The translations under genes and the position numbers were made by a program. From Fimbriosthenelais zetlandica (taxonomy: Eukaryota): a DNA stretch of 64,000 nucleotides. This document shows positions 52,201 through 64,000 of this stretch, piece by piece (the stretch's first letter is position 1; each line of letters begins with the position of its first letter). The notes under the pieces were generated by a model that did not search any database, was not told where the DNA came from, and worked only from the letters and a program-made list of their open reading frames with translations. The stretch spans positions 17,236,001 to 17,300,000 of the forward strand of contig OZ365113.1 in NCBI GenBank assembly GCA_977030845.1, read 5' to 3'.

Positions 52201-55200
52201 CTATCACGTGTTAATTAGCTGATATCTCATTAGTAAAGGAGGTGTTTTAGTCCCACACTAATATTCAATAATTGGCCTAACCTCGGGCTCTCATCAAAGT
52301 TGGTTACCTCTAATCCCTACATAGTTTATCTGTCTTATGGCATGAAAAATATATTAAGTCACTTTTTAAGTTTCCTCCTGAGGTAAACATAGTATGTCAT
52401 AATTTACTTCGTCCTAACCATGCTCCAAGTCTGCGACAAATAATATGTTACACTATAATATAGGAGCCTGTCTCCTGCACATCTATTCTTACACATTTTA
52501 CTATAGCTTTCACATTTCCCATGTATCATGCTTACTATGCACTGTCTGACAGCCTATTTTCAGTACGCTAGGTGTTTATTTTTAGCAGGGGAGGATCTTG
52601 GAATAACCTGAGTGTTGTTGTATGTTTTTCTGCATGGAGAAGTGACTGAGTCGTATACTCTTGCCAGATATATTAAGTCTCTATCTATAGAATCATACAG
52701 ATGAGAGAGAAATTAGACGTTCTGGCATTAAGAATCCCAGAGAGAAATGGTCCTGTATGTTCTTATAAAAGCCTTGCAAAAAATATGTATTTATACATGG
52801 CGAAGTTGGAGTGTAACTCATCCACGTGCCTGGCATTTAGCCGCACTCTCTATCTCTCTGTATGCTTGGAACAGGGTGTATAGGTCAGCCCCACTAGCTG
52901 GAGGTTAGGCCACCCTCCCCACACACTACCCCATCAATGGATTCAGCTCATCAGCAGCATGGCAACGTTTACAAATATTTACACGTGCCAGCGAATAGTA
53001 TCAAATACATGGTACTGTGACAATAGCTCAGGATGGTGAGTGGCTTCCACGAACATGCTTTGCACATTTCCAGCTCCGTTCCACTACAACATTGGCTTCC
53101 TGCTACAAAGCTGACTGCATCTAGTTGTACATATTCAGGCCTTAATTTAGACCTCAACAGCATACTGTAAGGTAATCGTACTATGCCATCCACAGGTATA
53201 CTGTTTCTACACTGATGGCGAAACTCAAAGACAATTCCATTTAGAACAGATTGCCAGTAGCACGTCAGTATTTTCCCAGTGGTGTGATTTCATTTTTAAT
53301 TCCCTGCACAATTAATAGAGTAGACGTAATTATGTTGAGCTGCATCGGGAATGGCACGCTTTGGGCATTGCTCATTTCATCATTGGCAGGCGATGCTGTC
53401 CCCACCATGTGGTTCCTCCTTTATTTTTCAATAACTTTCCATTATCCTATTGATAGATATATTGTGTACTTGAAACTCCAAGGACTCGTCCTTGGTGGAG
53501 GCTTCACTATGACAAGCCATGGCTACTCCTCCTGAGCATATGGCTTCAGCTGGATCCATGGTGTCTGTCTGGTAGGCCTTATGATGGCTGCTAAGCAGAC
53601 ATACCAGAGGACGTGTGGAGTCTGCCATGGGCTCTCATCCCAAAGAAGGGACTTATATAGAAAAAAGTCAAGACTTAGTTCACCATCTACCCGATCAATC
53701 AATAATCGCTATGGAAGTATATAAGAATGTAGTGTTTAACACTCACGTTTACCACCATCCATCGGAATCAATTCTTAAGCTCAGATCATAAATAGTGGAC
53801 ACTTGTTTATATTATAACTCCAGTTTTTCATGTTTTACTTTAAAAAAGATACATCAAAGGGGTACACAGCTCAATAAGCAGTCACATTACCTTCAAAACG
53901 GAATTCTTCCCAGAACCCATTGCTACGTGTGAACCCCAGTTTCACGGCACACAGCGAAACCCCACGTCTCATCTACTGTTATCATTATCAACAAGAGGAC
54001 CAACCCCTCTTCTTCCATCTAAAATAGTTGGCTACATCAGTGAATGCCTCAGCAAGGCCTTCTATCCTGAATGGACAATGTTCATCCATGCCTGCAGAGA
54101 GGACAACCAGAATGCTGTAGCAGCCTTGACAGAGCTCAGGCTTTGATTCCCTCATGCGTTGCTCACTTTTGTAAACGCCTGACAAATGCAACCCTGGGGA
54201 TGAAGCAGGAGCATGGTTGAATGCATCATCAGAGAATTCACAGCCAGCCTTTGAAACTTAACAGCACTGCATGGGGTTCCTACTAAAATCCAAATAACTC
54301 AGAGATTTGGTTTCCCCAAAGTGATTAGATAATCGGGCAGTTGTTTTTCAAGGCAAATGGATCTAGTTTTTTTTTCAAGATCTTCTTTACCTAAAGAAAA
54401 GTCCCCAATTTTCCACCAGCTTGGACTCGTGTCTTAGCAAAGATATTTTCAAGCTGACATTTCATTTCTCACTCCGTCAACCTGGTTAGGCTTGTCGGGT
54501 ACAGCTTAAGATGTGCATGTACAGAGATGATGGGTGGTGGCTTGGCTTGCTCTTTTTTCACCTATGTTGTTAACTTCATGATATCAGCCAGAATATCATG
54601 CCATATAATGAAACAAATGCAAGCCGGAGAGCAACCATTATATTTTAATGAATTATTCTACTGTTGCGATGGTGTTTTCTATATCTCTCAATGTATTCAT
54701 ACAATAGACTTTCTCTCAATGACGAATATCAATATAAAATCAGCGATTACACTAGCATACACGGTCATAGATCTATCTATAGATGCAATGTGCAGACTTG
54801 CTTCACCTAAAATAAACGCGCAGGTCTCATGAACAATGATATTTGCAGTTGCTGCCCTCGAAGGCATCGATTTTAAATTCCAGGATTAAGAGTTGGCAAT
54901 TGATTATCATGTGGCTTTGTGATCTTTGAATGCCTTAGCTTTTCAGAAATCAATAATCCCTCCTCAATTCCTCTGTAAGTGGATTGATTGGTACTTTAAG
55001 CTGAGGCAGCCATCAGTTGATAGCTACTCTCTGCCTGAGATTATCACTGTCCATCGTAAGAGGGACAGGGTCATGCCATTGATTATTGACTGTAGACATT
55101 ATTGGCTGAGACTATATATTATTGACTAGAACATGAGTGAAGGCGTGTCATCTTGTTATACAGTCTAGTGGAGTAATTGAAGCTCCAGGTCTAATCATAT

Positions 55201-58200
55201 AAGATCCTGGTGCTTCATTTCCTATCCATCTCTTTCCTGATATGCCAAGGATACCTCTGTACATCTGTTGTCCTTGAGACTGTGAATTTTTTTCTCAAGC
55301 ACCCAGTGCTCTCTTGAAGAGATTCCACACAGATTGACAACATATTAAGTGTCTAAACATTACTACTTTGAATGAAGTTCATCAATCTTCAATTTATCTT
55401 CAATCCTCTGTTGAGTTTCATTAAAATCTAGTTTAAGACTGTAAGACTGGCAGTGAGTATTGATTTTTCTTTTTTCAAAAAGTACATCTATCCTTCCTGT
55501 TCAATACAAGAGCATTAGAGCAAGCATTGAGGAGCCAGACTCTAACGCTAGACTTGACAGAAGTGAGGCAAGAACTAGAGCCTGGTTAGAGTTCAGATAA
55601 GGGGGGCAGCCAAGCAGCCACAAGTGGTGAAGGCATGGTGAAGTAACCAGAAACCACCATGCCTGTGTGCCCTGAGGTAAAATAGAAGGCGAGAGGATCA
55701 GGAGAAAAGTGGTAGAGGAGGAGGTGAAGAGTGAAAAGGATGGGAGGACAGATAGGAAGAGGGCCATACTAAATTTGTCGAATGCCCAGGCATTTTGGCA
55801 ATATGGTTATAGAAAGTTGGTCATATATTAAAATTAATCATAGATAATTAAACTAGTGATGAATTATAGACTGCCATGACAAGAAACCATAGTGAAATGC
55901 TGTCACAGCAGTACACCCACATACATGTACCAATACCCTCCCACGCCCGAATATCGCCATAAGTGTGAGAGATAGAAGTCCCTCTTAGGGTATTCTTGCC
56001 GAAGGTCCCCGTTCCTCCCACGCCAGGAATTACCTACATATATATAACCCATAGATGTCCTCGATAGAACCCGCCTATAAATGGCAAGAAACTGCCGGTC
56101 CCTGGCCTTTCTGATTACACGAGAAGTAATCATTGCTCTTCAGCCAAGCTTTGCCTCAATGTGATGTGATGATGATGTCCCAGGGACATTCCACTCATGG
56201 AATCTGATAATGGTGGTAGCCAGATGTTGTGGCAATATCTTTTTAACTATAAGACTGTTCAACAAAAAGCACTTAAAGTTATCAGAACAATATTGCAGTA
56301 AACAAAGCATGACTATGTATTGCAATATGCACCTGGCCTTATAAATAGAAACGATGCGAGCACAGGGACTTGTAGAAATAGGAGTTTTTTGGTTATATCC
56401 ATAGCGAGCCAGAAATGGCCGTTTTGCATGTCGGAAGAGATCAGAGCAGCATGGCCCCACCTCCTGGCCCCAGCTTCCGAAGCTGGTCTATTGTACTGCC
56501 TGGACAATTCATTGTGATACCGGTCCCATTGCTAACCTATCATGTAATAATGGTTATACTGTTATCATAATAGACCTACGTGATGACCCTTCCCACATGA
56601 ACAGGCCTCATAAAGAGAGGTACAGTGTGTGTATAACCGGACCTCCTGTTTCATTGGCACAGTATGGTGTTCACCATGAAAAACTGCTATTGTACGGCTC
56701 AGCAAAACTTTACATGTTTCACTCGTTCTCTTTCAATGATAACAAAAGCATAAAGATTATGGTTTAAGTCTGATAAAAGTACCAGTAATTGTTTCGTCCC
56801 ATCTCCTTTTCAACACCATTGCCTTTTCACTTCCCCTGAGCTCATACAAGTAAGATAAGATTATCACCTCCTTAAGGGAGGAAGAAAACTGGTTGGTGAG
56901 TGGGACGTAGATAAGGATGTTTCCTTTCGATTTCATGCCTTCATGTTTCTGTAAGGTGAAGAAAGCAGATCCGGCCGATAATCTCCGCGATAATGTATCG
57001 CCAATTCACACTGATAGTGATACCTGTTTATAGCCCCTTACATTATGTAAGATGTGGGTTATCTATAATAACAGGGCCAGTAATCTAAATGATGGAGAAC
57101 ACCATACAAAACATGGGACCAAATCCTTAGAGGTGGATGCACGAGGCCTTTCAAGCCTCCTTATTCAACCTTCAACTGCTTCAATTATTCTCAGACATGG
57201 GCCCCAGCTGTATCAGGATGCTTATGTCAAATGGCTGCCTCTCCCTGCACCCTTCAACATGAAATATGTTCAAGGGTATTTAACCATCAAAATCAAGTAG
57301 GTAGCTGCAGGATGTGAGCTTCCAGCCTACAAGTATTTGTGATTACACACGGATTGGCCCACCTAACCCCCTGGGTACCGCTCATAGATAAGGTTCAGAT
57401 AAAATTGGTGTGAAAAGAGTAGGATGTTATCCTGACTACATTCTCTACGATGTCAGGATAAATGAAGGTGAATGATCCATGTCACCCTGACAACATCTTG
57501 CTGTGATGGCCTGCTAGCGCCCAATCCACAGGGGCAAGCAGGGGGTATTGCCCCGGCCGGACTAAGTTGTATTTGCCAACAAAAATAACTAACCATGGGT
57601 AGGCCAGATTAAACCCTCGCCTATAAATGTAAACAGTCTCCATACGTTTGAACTTGCCTTAGGCCTGGTCGTACTGTGTGGTATATACGTCTGTCAGATG
57701 GGCAACCTTCGCAGCTGACATTTCCTGGCACAATACCAACTTTATAGGTTCATCATGTCTCAGCCAGGTCTGTGAATTTGGAGTTCAATTCTTTACAGAA
57801 CATGTTACCTCCATTCTGATCAAGTTACTTTATCGATTCTTCCACATGGTTTCTTTTCTGCCATATGCAGTATTGGAATCTATTTTCTCCATGATATTGA
57901 TGATTTAAGTATGCAGCATTTTCCTTGCAGCAGTCCCGCACCCATCGACCCTGTAAAGAGGTTCTTTGAGGTTTTATTTAAATCTTCTGAGGAGGGGGAT
58001 CAACTATTGAGGTCATGCCATGATGCAGCCAGCTGATTGCTTGCAGTTCCAAAGATTTCGTTTTTATCATTTTCATAATTACGAAAAAGAAAACCGCATG
58101 CCTGTTCTTAGGCGAATGAAGTTTTGTTTTTTTCTGCACGGATACTAGGAGCATAAATTGTTCAGAACCACAGATTAATAAACAAGAGAACAAAGCACAG

Positions 58201-58518
58201 TGTTTTGGACTGATGATTAAGATTTAATGGTTTCGAACTGATGCCGCCTTTTACAAGGCTCAGTTACGCCATGTTTTGTGCTCTTCTTCTTTGTGGCTAT
58301 TGAATATAGGCAGCAGGTGGGCTTATAATTAGAAATTCCAGATCCTCACAATGCCTCGCTCAGTAGCCTACAATGAAGGCTCTACTCTCCGCGTGTGCTG
58401 ATTCCACATCGTGGGACAAAATGGATCTTTCTTATTTGTCCAGAGCCATCTGCTCCAATCTAGATCCACTGCAGGTGTTTTTCTGGACACAATTCATCTC
58501 CCTGGTCCAAGACTCGGC

Positions 58519-58553
58519 GGGGTGGGGGTGGGGTGGGGGCTGATGGGGGAGGG
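58519..58553 (+). other. G-quadruplex-forming motif (six G-runs)
   Basis: GGGG-T-GGGGG-T-GGGG-T-GGGGG-CTGAT-GGGGG-A-GGG. Confidence 0.65.
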
Positions 58554-61500
58554 CCACTGCGGTGCCTGTCAGAGGAGCTGCTCTTCCTCTCCCGACATGA
58601 TGAAACAAGAATGATGACCAAATACTGCACCTTGTACTTGTGTACCTCTCGGGACAGAATGTGAGGATACCTCCCACTCCCACCCACCCCCCGACCTTTT
58701 CTTTTCGGACAAGCACCACACCCTATGCCTACCCCTGACCATTCAGAGAACCTAATCTGGCATTCTCGGCGATGAGAATGAAAAGGGCTGGCTTCTGCTC
58801 AGCTGGGAGAGTGAGTCGTGGCTCCACAGTCGATCAGTCCAGGACATCTCGTGCATGGCACTCCCCCGTCGAGCAACTCCATTCATTTCTGGTTCATGGT
58901 TGCCCCGACATTGCCAGAGACTGCCTGAAAAGGCAATAGTCCACGAATTAATGGTTTTCTTAGGAAAATCACATGTGATGCTGTATCCAGGAATAGAAAT
59001 TGTGCCAGATGAAAAGGCCTCCCTTTCTGTGAGGATACTAGCCCATTCCCTTCCAAAACATAATTGCCCCCACTTTCACATCCACGCAGTGCAAATCCAA
59101 TTTGACGAAAGAATGGATGATAAATATGGATTGCTTTGGCCTGGTTAAGAAATAAAAGGTTGGCTATATTTTTATGCATAATTGACTCGGGGACTTTGAT
59201 GTAATGCCTGTTCCTCATAAAATATTAGAGCATTTCCCTGAGGGAAAAAAGTAAATTGCGTCTGATAAAGTAGAATGCACGGGGAAATTATTACCGGAAG
59301 GACCCGTCTGATGACAAATGTCTCTCCACCAGTAATTATGCTGAGTAAGCGTGGAATGCAGGCTCAGCCGGGAGATGCAGGCTAAACATGGACCCGTCTG
59401 ACCAATGGTCAAGTAGGACTAAGTCCTCAGATGACCCTTCCACTATAGAGGCCGCGTTAAGGGGAACCATGATAAATTGGGCTAATTAGGAAGGATATTT
59501 TCCACTGTTATCACTCAGACGGTTTTCCCCCAGACCAAAGCCCCTTTAATTATGGGTTCAATTTGCTACAGTCATTTATTACAGTTTCCAACGAGATCCT
59601 TAATGCAGCCACTTTATGCAAGTACATGATGATGGGTGATTAAAAACATTTTCTCTGTGAACTGGATGTCATCACAGTCTGTCCTTTCTCTGCTTTTTAC
59701 TGAAGATGCATTAGTATTTTTATTTTAAGTTATCAGCCGTTCACTGAGAGATACTATACAGACTACAGAATCGTGAAATTCATCTTATAGTCGCTCCCCA
59801 GTTCCTCTACAGATTCCAGGAGGATTATCCCTATGAAATTTAACATCCTTCTTAGAATTGCTGGGAACTGCATGGGAATCATTGTACAATTTCAGAATGC
59901 TGAAGCCTCTTATTTTGTAATATCTTGTTGTTGTTTTTAAATAAAACTATATTTTTCATGATTATGGCAAATTGAGCGGCAGAAAACAGAATCAATCTCA
60001 ATACCCGGGTATTGCTTGGTGCTTGGCAAGTTCGTTATCAGCAAGCATTGTAGGTTAAGCAGTGGAAGCCAAAGTGAGGGGGTTGGAGATCCTCACTCAA
60101 TAACTGCCACAACTGGTAAATTCAATAATCACTGTGGACCGCAGGAGATGGGGGTTGTGTCTGCTTCACTAGCCCCGTACCCGTACAAACCCATCGTCCA
60201 TCATGGCCTCAATGGGCACGAGGTGTCCATGGGCAAAGCGATCGCTACTTACACTGTCTCCTATTGACTGAATGCTTGCCATGCGGTTAGCCATCTTGGA
60301 CTGTATGAGTTGTGTGATATGTGCCCTGACCATATTGGCAACTGCAGGTTGTTCTACTTTAGCTCATAATTTTACATCAGGGTTTTGAAACAGACCCCTG
60401 GTAGGAAATTGACTTAAGGTCTATTCATGTTCTGGAGCATATTACAGTTTATATAGTATATTTGAACATTTATGTAGCCCTACATGTAGGTAGCATTTTG
60501 GGGATATTTCCTGGCAAGGTCTAGGCTAATGTATTGGTAGTGGAACCAATAGGGTGTGGATAATGACAAGTATTCAGCGGCAAATCTTCTTGTCCTCGAA
60601 AGCATGAAACCTGATGGAGCTGAAAGGCTTTACAGATAAGGCCTGTCCACCCACTTTTAATTTAGTGGCACAAACCAAGAAAAGGCATCAATCTGTCCAT
60701 GGGATTAGCAGAACCGTGATATATTCTCAGCACGATTGCCTGCAGCCTGTTTCTTAGCATCAGAAATAGTTAATATTATAGAGAATGTTTCATTGAAGCG
60801 TATCTTTGCACAAATATATTGACATGCGCTATAAAATTGGAGGTTGGATATAGCCGGCTAACTATATACTACTTTCGGGTAGATCTACTGATTCAGCCAG
60901 GTATAAAAGGTGCACTCATATCAGGAACTGTATCCAGAATTATTCAGTGGGCGTTCAGGAGCACCAGCACAAGAAATATGCCACTGTATGATGGGTGACA
61001 GCTAGTACCGCCTGGACCACTGCTCAAAGCCACAGGGACCGACACTCTGTCCGCTCATATTTTCTCACCCTCAGAATAAGGGGACGCATCAAAATCATTA
61101 GTGCTGAAGGCTTGGCGGAGCTGGAGGGCCTGGGACTGGAAGTGACATTTGACATCTCAGATGAATTGTCGGTAAAGGTGGCTGAATGGTTGCATCCTGA
61201 AGGACAGGAAGTGACCTGGTATATAAAGCTTTGAGCTGCATGGTTGAAGATGAAACCAAATGGAATATACTGGAACTAGCCTGCTCATTGAGACAATGTA
61301 TATAGAAATAGGGAATGGAGATCCTGGATCTTTTCATGCAAGATCTTTTACCTCCTTTTAATATTGCAATTTCACCTAAAGGTTCATTTCAGTTATTCAT
61401 AAAAAGCTGTAGAGAAACAGTCCTTGACTCTTTGAGTTTGCTGTCCATTTTTGAAGTACAACTAAACATAAGCAGCTGGGAGAGTGTTGAGGAAATGAGT

Positions 61501-64000
61501 AAATTATGCTGGCTTCTGAGGGCAACAGTTAACCAGACACACTTGCCCACCCTGAGGTAGCTGGGCTCACGAGGGTGAACAGTGGTTGTAAATTAAATGG
61601 GAAATATAACCTTTGCTACCGCCAACTGCTTCTACAAGCCTGTCAGCCAACGAGGAGTAGTGGTTATATTGAGAGACACTGGGATAAATATAACGGGCAA
61701 ATCCCACTCTACTCAACGTAGAAAAACTGGGTACAACTATCACTGAGGATCCCTCCTATCTGAGTCAACGGAGCAAGTGTCAAATGCATGGATAGCTTTT
61801 GATCAAATTCAAATATTATATCCAAACACAGATCCCCAGTCAATGTAGATGTAGGTCGAATGAGCTAACCTTCCAATTTCATTTTGCAGATGCACAATGA
61901 AATCAGTGCATACCAATTCACTGTATTGAGATTATATCAGGTTATAAATATCTGCTGGTCATCAATTCATAGTAAAAATCTCATTACCTACACAATACAC
62001 AATGTGCTATGATGAGGGCAGCATTGTTATTTCTTCACAATAATACAATGTAGTCTCACTCAAAGCAAATTTTATGATGCAAGCGTCTGGAATCGTCTTC
62101 AAGTGGCCCTGTTCGGACGATTCATTCAACATTAGCTCACATTTTGATTTGATTGCGCCGTAAAGTCGAAAAATATTTAATATTTTGAGTCAAATAATCA
62201 TCATATCTCAACGTGAACATTGCCAATCAATTTCAAAGCCTGATTACAATTAGGAAAACCGGTAACAGGAAGTCCTAGATGATACTAATGTGATTGACTC
62301 CAGTTTGCTGAAAACAATGGAAAATACGGCGATTGAAAACTTTTATATTATGCATTCATTAAAAGACTTCTTCGTGCACCGAGGCTGTTACATCAAGAAA
62401 ATTAGTTCTTGCACAATGCCCGTTTGACATTAAGCTTATTGCGAGGCAAGTAGGAATCCATTTACTTGGTATAGACTAGCCACTACTTTCCAAAAGGTCA
62501 AGGGATTGGCCTTTTAAGAGCCTGCAGAGAAAAAATGAGTATCATTTCAAGGGAAAGAAGAGAGCTGCAATAGGAGAAGACGGTGATGTTAATTATGCTG
62601 CTTTACTATATGGCAGCTGTGGGACCTTCGTGACTTCAGCCTTCAGCTCTATACTGCAAGTTGTCTATCTGTATTGTACCCATTTTCCAAGAGTTGGATA
62701 CTTGAAACTATATATCCAAACTTGTACAATTTGTATTGCCTTATTCAATGCTTAAAACTTTCATCAAAAATCTGCATTTGTATTGGCCTCATTCTATGCT
62801 TAAAAGTCTTATCCATCGCTCTCAGTTTAGGGCATAAAATGCAAATGATATATGATTTCTTTGTATTATTTTCATGTTGCCTATAAGCATTTTGAGGATT
62901 TAAAAGAGTATTTTTTGTCAACATACCAGAGTGTGAAAGGTAGTTCTCTACTTGGAAGGTCGCTGCATGGGTTAGATTACAAGATCCGAAATCTAAAACC
63001 AAACTTTTGTATGGTACAATGTGTGGTGGGACTGGGGAGTTGGTGGGATGGGGAAAAGTTCATACCATCGATGCTGAAAACTAACATTTTAGTTTGAACT
63101 CCCGCTTAAACATCTCTCCGATGTATTTGTATTCCCAGGAGGCATGGTAGTTGTTTGCTAGAAGCCAAGAAAAGAGTTATGGCTTGTATATTATGTGATT
63201 TCTCGTGGAGTAATCTACGGTATTTGCAGAACCTGGCATGCGGGCTCACATTTGAGTGCTGGCAGTGTTGCCGCTGGGACATCCAACACCAACCCAGTAG
63301 TGCATAGAGATTAGTGGCACTTGTGGAGGGCAAACAGTTCAGGAATAATCTATCACAGAGTTGTCAGTACCTTCTTTTATAACTCTCAATTATTCATTAC
63401 CAAGTCACTTTTTTGTCCCCATTTCAATAGTGCATGCAGAAAGAATCATAGACTCACCGGCATGAATAGATTTTTAAAAAGAAAAATCGACTTGTCTGTA
63501 ATCAAGAGTGATATATTACCATCAGGTTTAGATAAGTTAGAAAATCCATATTTTAATATGCCTTGTGTTCAAACAGATCACGAATTCACCCAATGGGTAT
63601 TCTCCAAGGGAATTGATCAAAGGCCTTTTAGCTGGTTGTACAAGATAATATCTTTTACTGTCAATGAGGGAAGAGAAAGAACAAGAGCTGAGTTGGCTCA
63701 GGACATGCCTTCTTTTTGGCAACACACTTCTGGTCAGTGCATGAACATTAGGACAATAGGAATCAGTGGCTGCTATAAGCAGTAACCTTTGGGTATGTAC
63801 TAAATAGGAAAGACCTGTGTAATGGGGATTACAGTTTATGTCCTACTATCCCCAAGAAATTTGATTGCTTATGAAAATCTATATTTATCTTGTAAGGCTC
63901 ATTTATTGGAATTATAGTCAATCAGTATTCTAGCTTTGAATAACCACTGACAGCCACTTGCCTTGCAACTGTGGGAAAATTGACCAGTTAGAGGCAGTCA

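Larger units (their letters stand above)
37366..64000 (+). other. Phase-2 intron of Shal; donor GG|GTGAGT at 37366, running past the window end
   Basis: A consensus donor splits the Gly codon of TTLG. Reading by eye, I found no AG|N-TAY-GGN-GAY-ATG-GTN-CCN (YGDMVP) exon from 37366 to 64000. Vertebrate KCND genes have a long intron at this position. Confidence 0.85.

Noticed and set aside
55500-55830. RRKVVEEEV peptide resembling the C-terminal part of Hero/R2-type LINE proteins
   Set aside because: The match is only a few residues in purine-rich sequence, with several stops and no RT motifs nearby.
59457-59549. TTAA-GGGG...CCCCT-TTAA as a Kolobok-like element
   Set aside because: The inverted repeat is only 4 bp and asymmetric, which is expected by chance.

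Overview
This is metazoan genomic DNA, AT-rich and visibly CpG-poor; a non-arthropod invertebrate such as a lophotrochozoan is my inference only. It holds one certain coding feature: the large first coding exon of a Shal/Kv4 (KCND-type) A-type voltage-gated K+ channel on the + strand (ATG 36260, exon ends 37365). The exon encodes the KChIP-binding N-terminus, the T1 domain, S1-S5 and the pore helix, and is cut by a phase-2 intron inside TTLG|YG. I could not find the next exon, so that intron probably exceeds 26 kb. A splice acceptor 4 nt before the ATG puts the promoter(s) and 5'UTR exon(s) upstream, with candidates at ~31.6-33.1 kb and ~19.0-19.5 kb. The rest is non-coding. It includes a clean 902-bp non-autonomous piggyBac-type element, a 70-bp possible mini-piggyBac, a ~164-bp Harbinger-like MITE, short tandem duplications, low-complexity tracts and decayed possible TE remnants. 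I found no rRNA, tRNA, CRISPR or prokaryotic features. The most interesting leads are unusual charge changes in this Kv4 (IPEAFW, DNKD, a His-rich linker), a possible truncating alternative terminal exon, a uORF-rich candidate 5'UTR, and an orphan promoter-like motif cluster at 9.6 kb. I found no supportable new multi-gene system.
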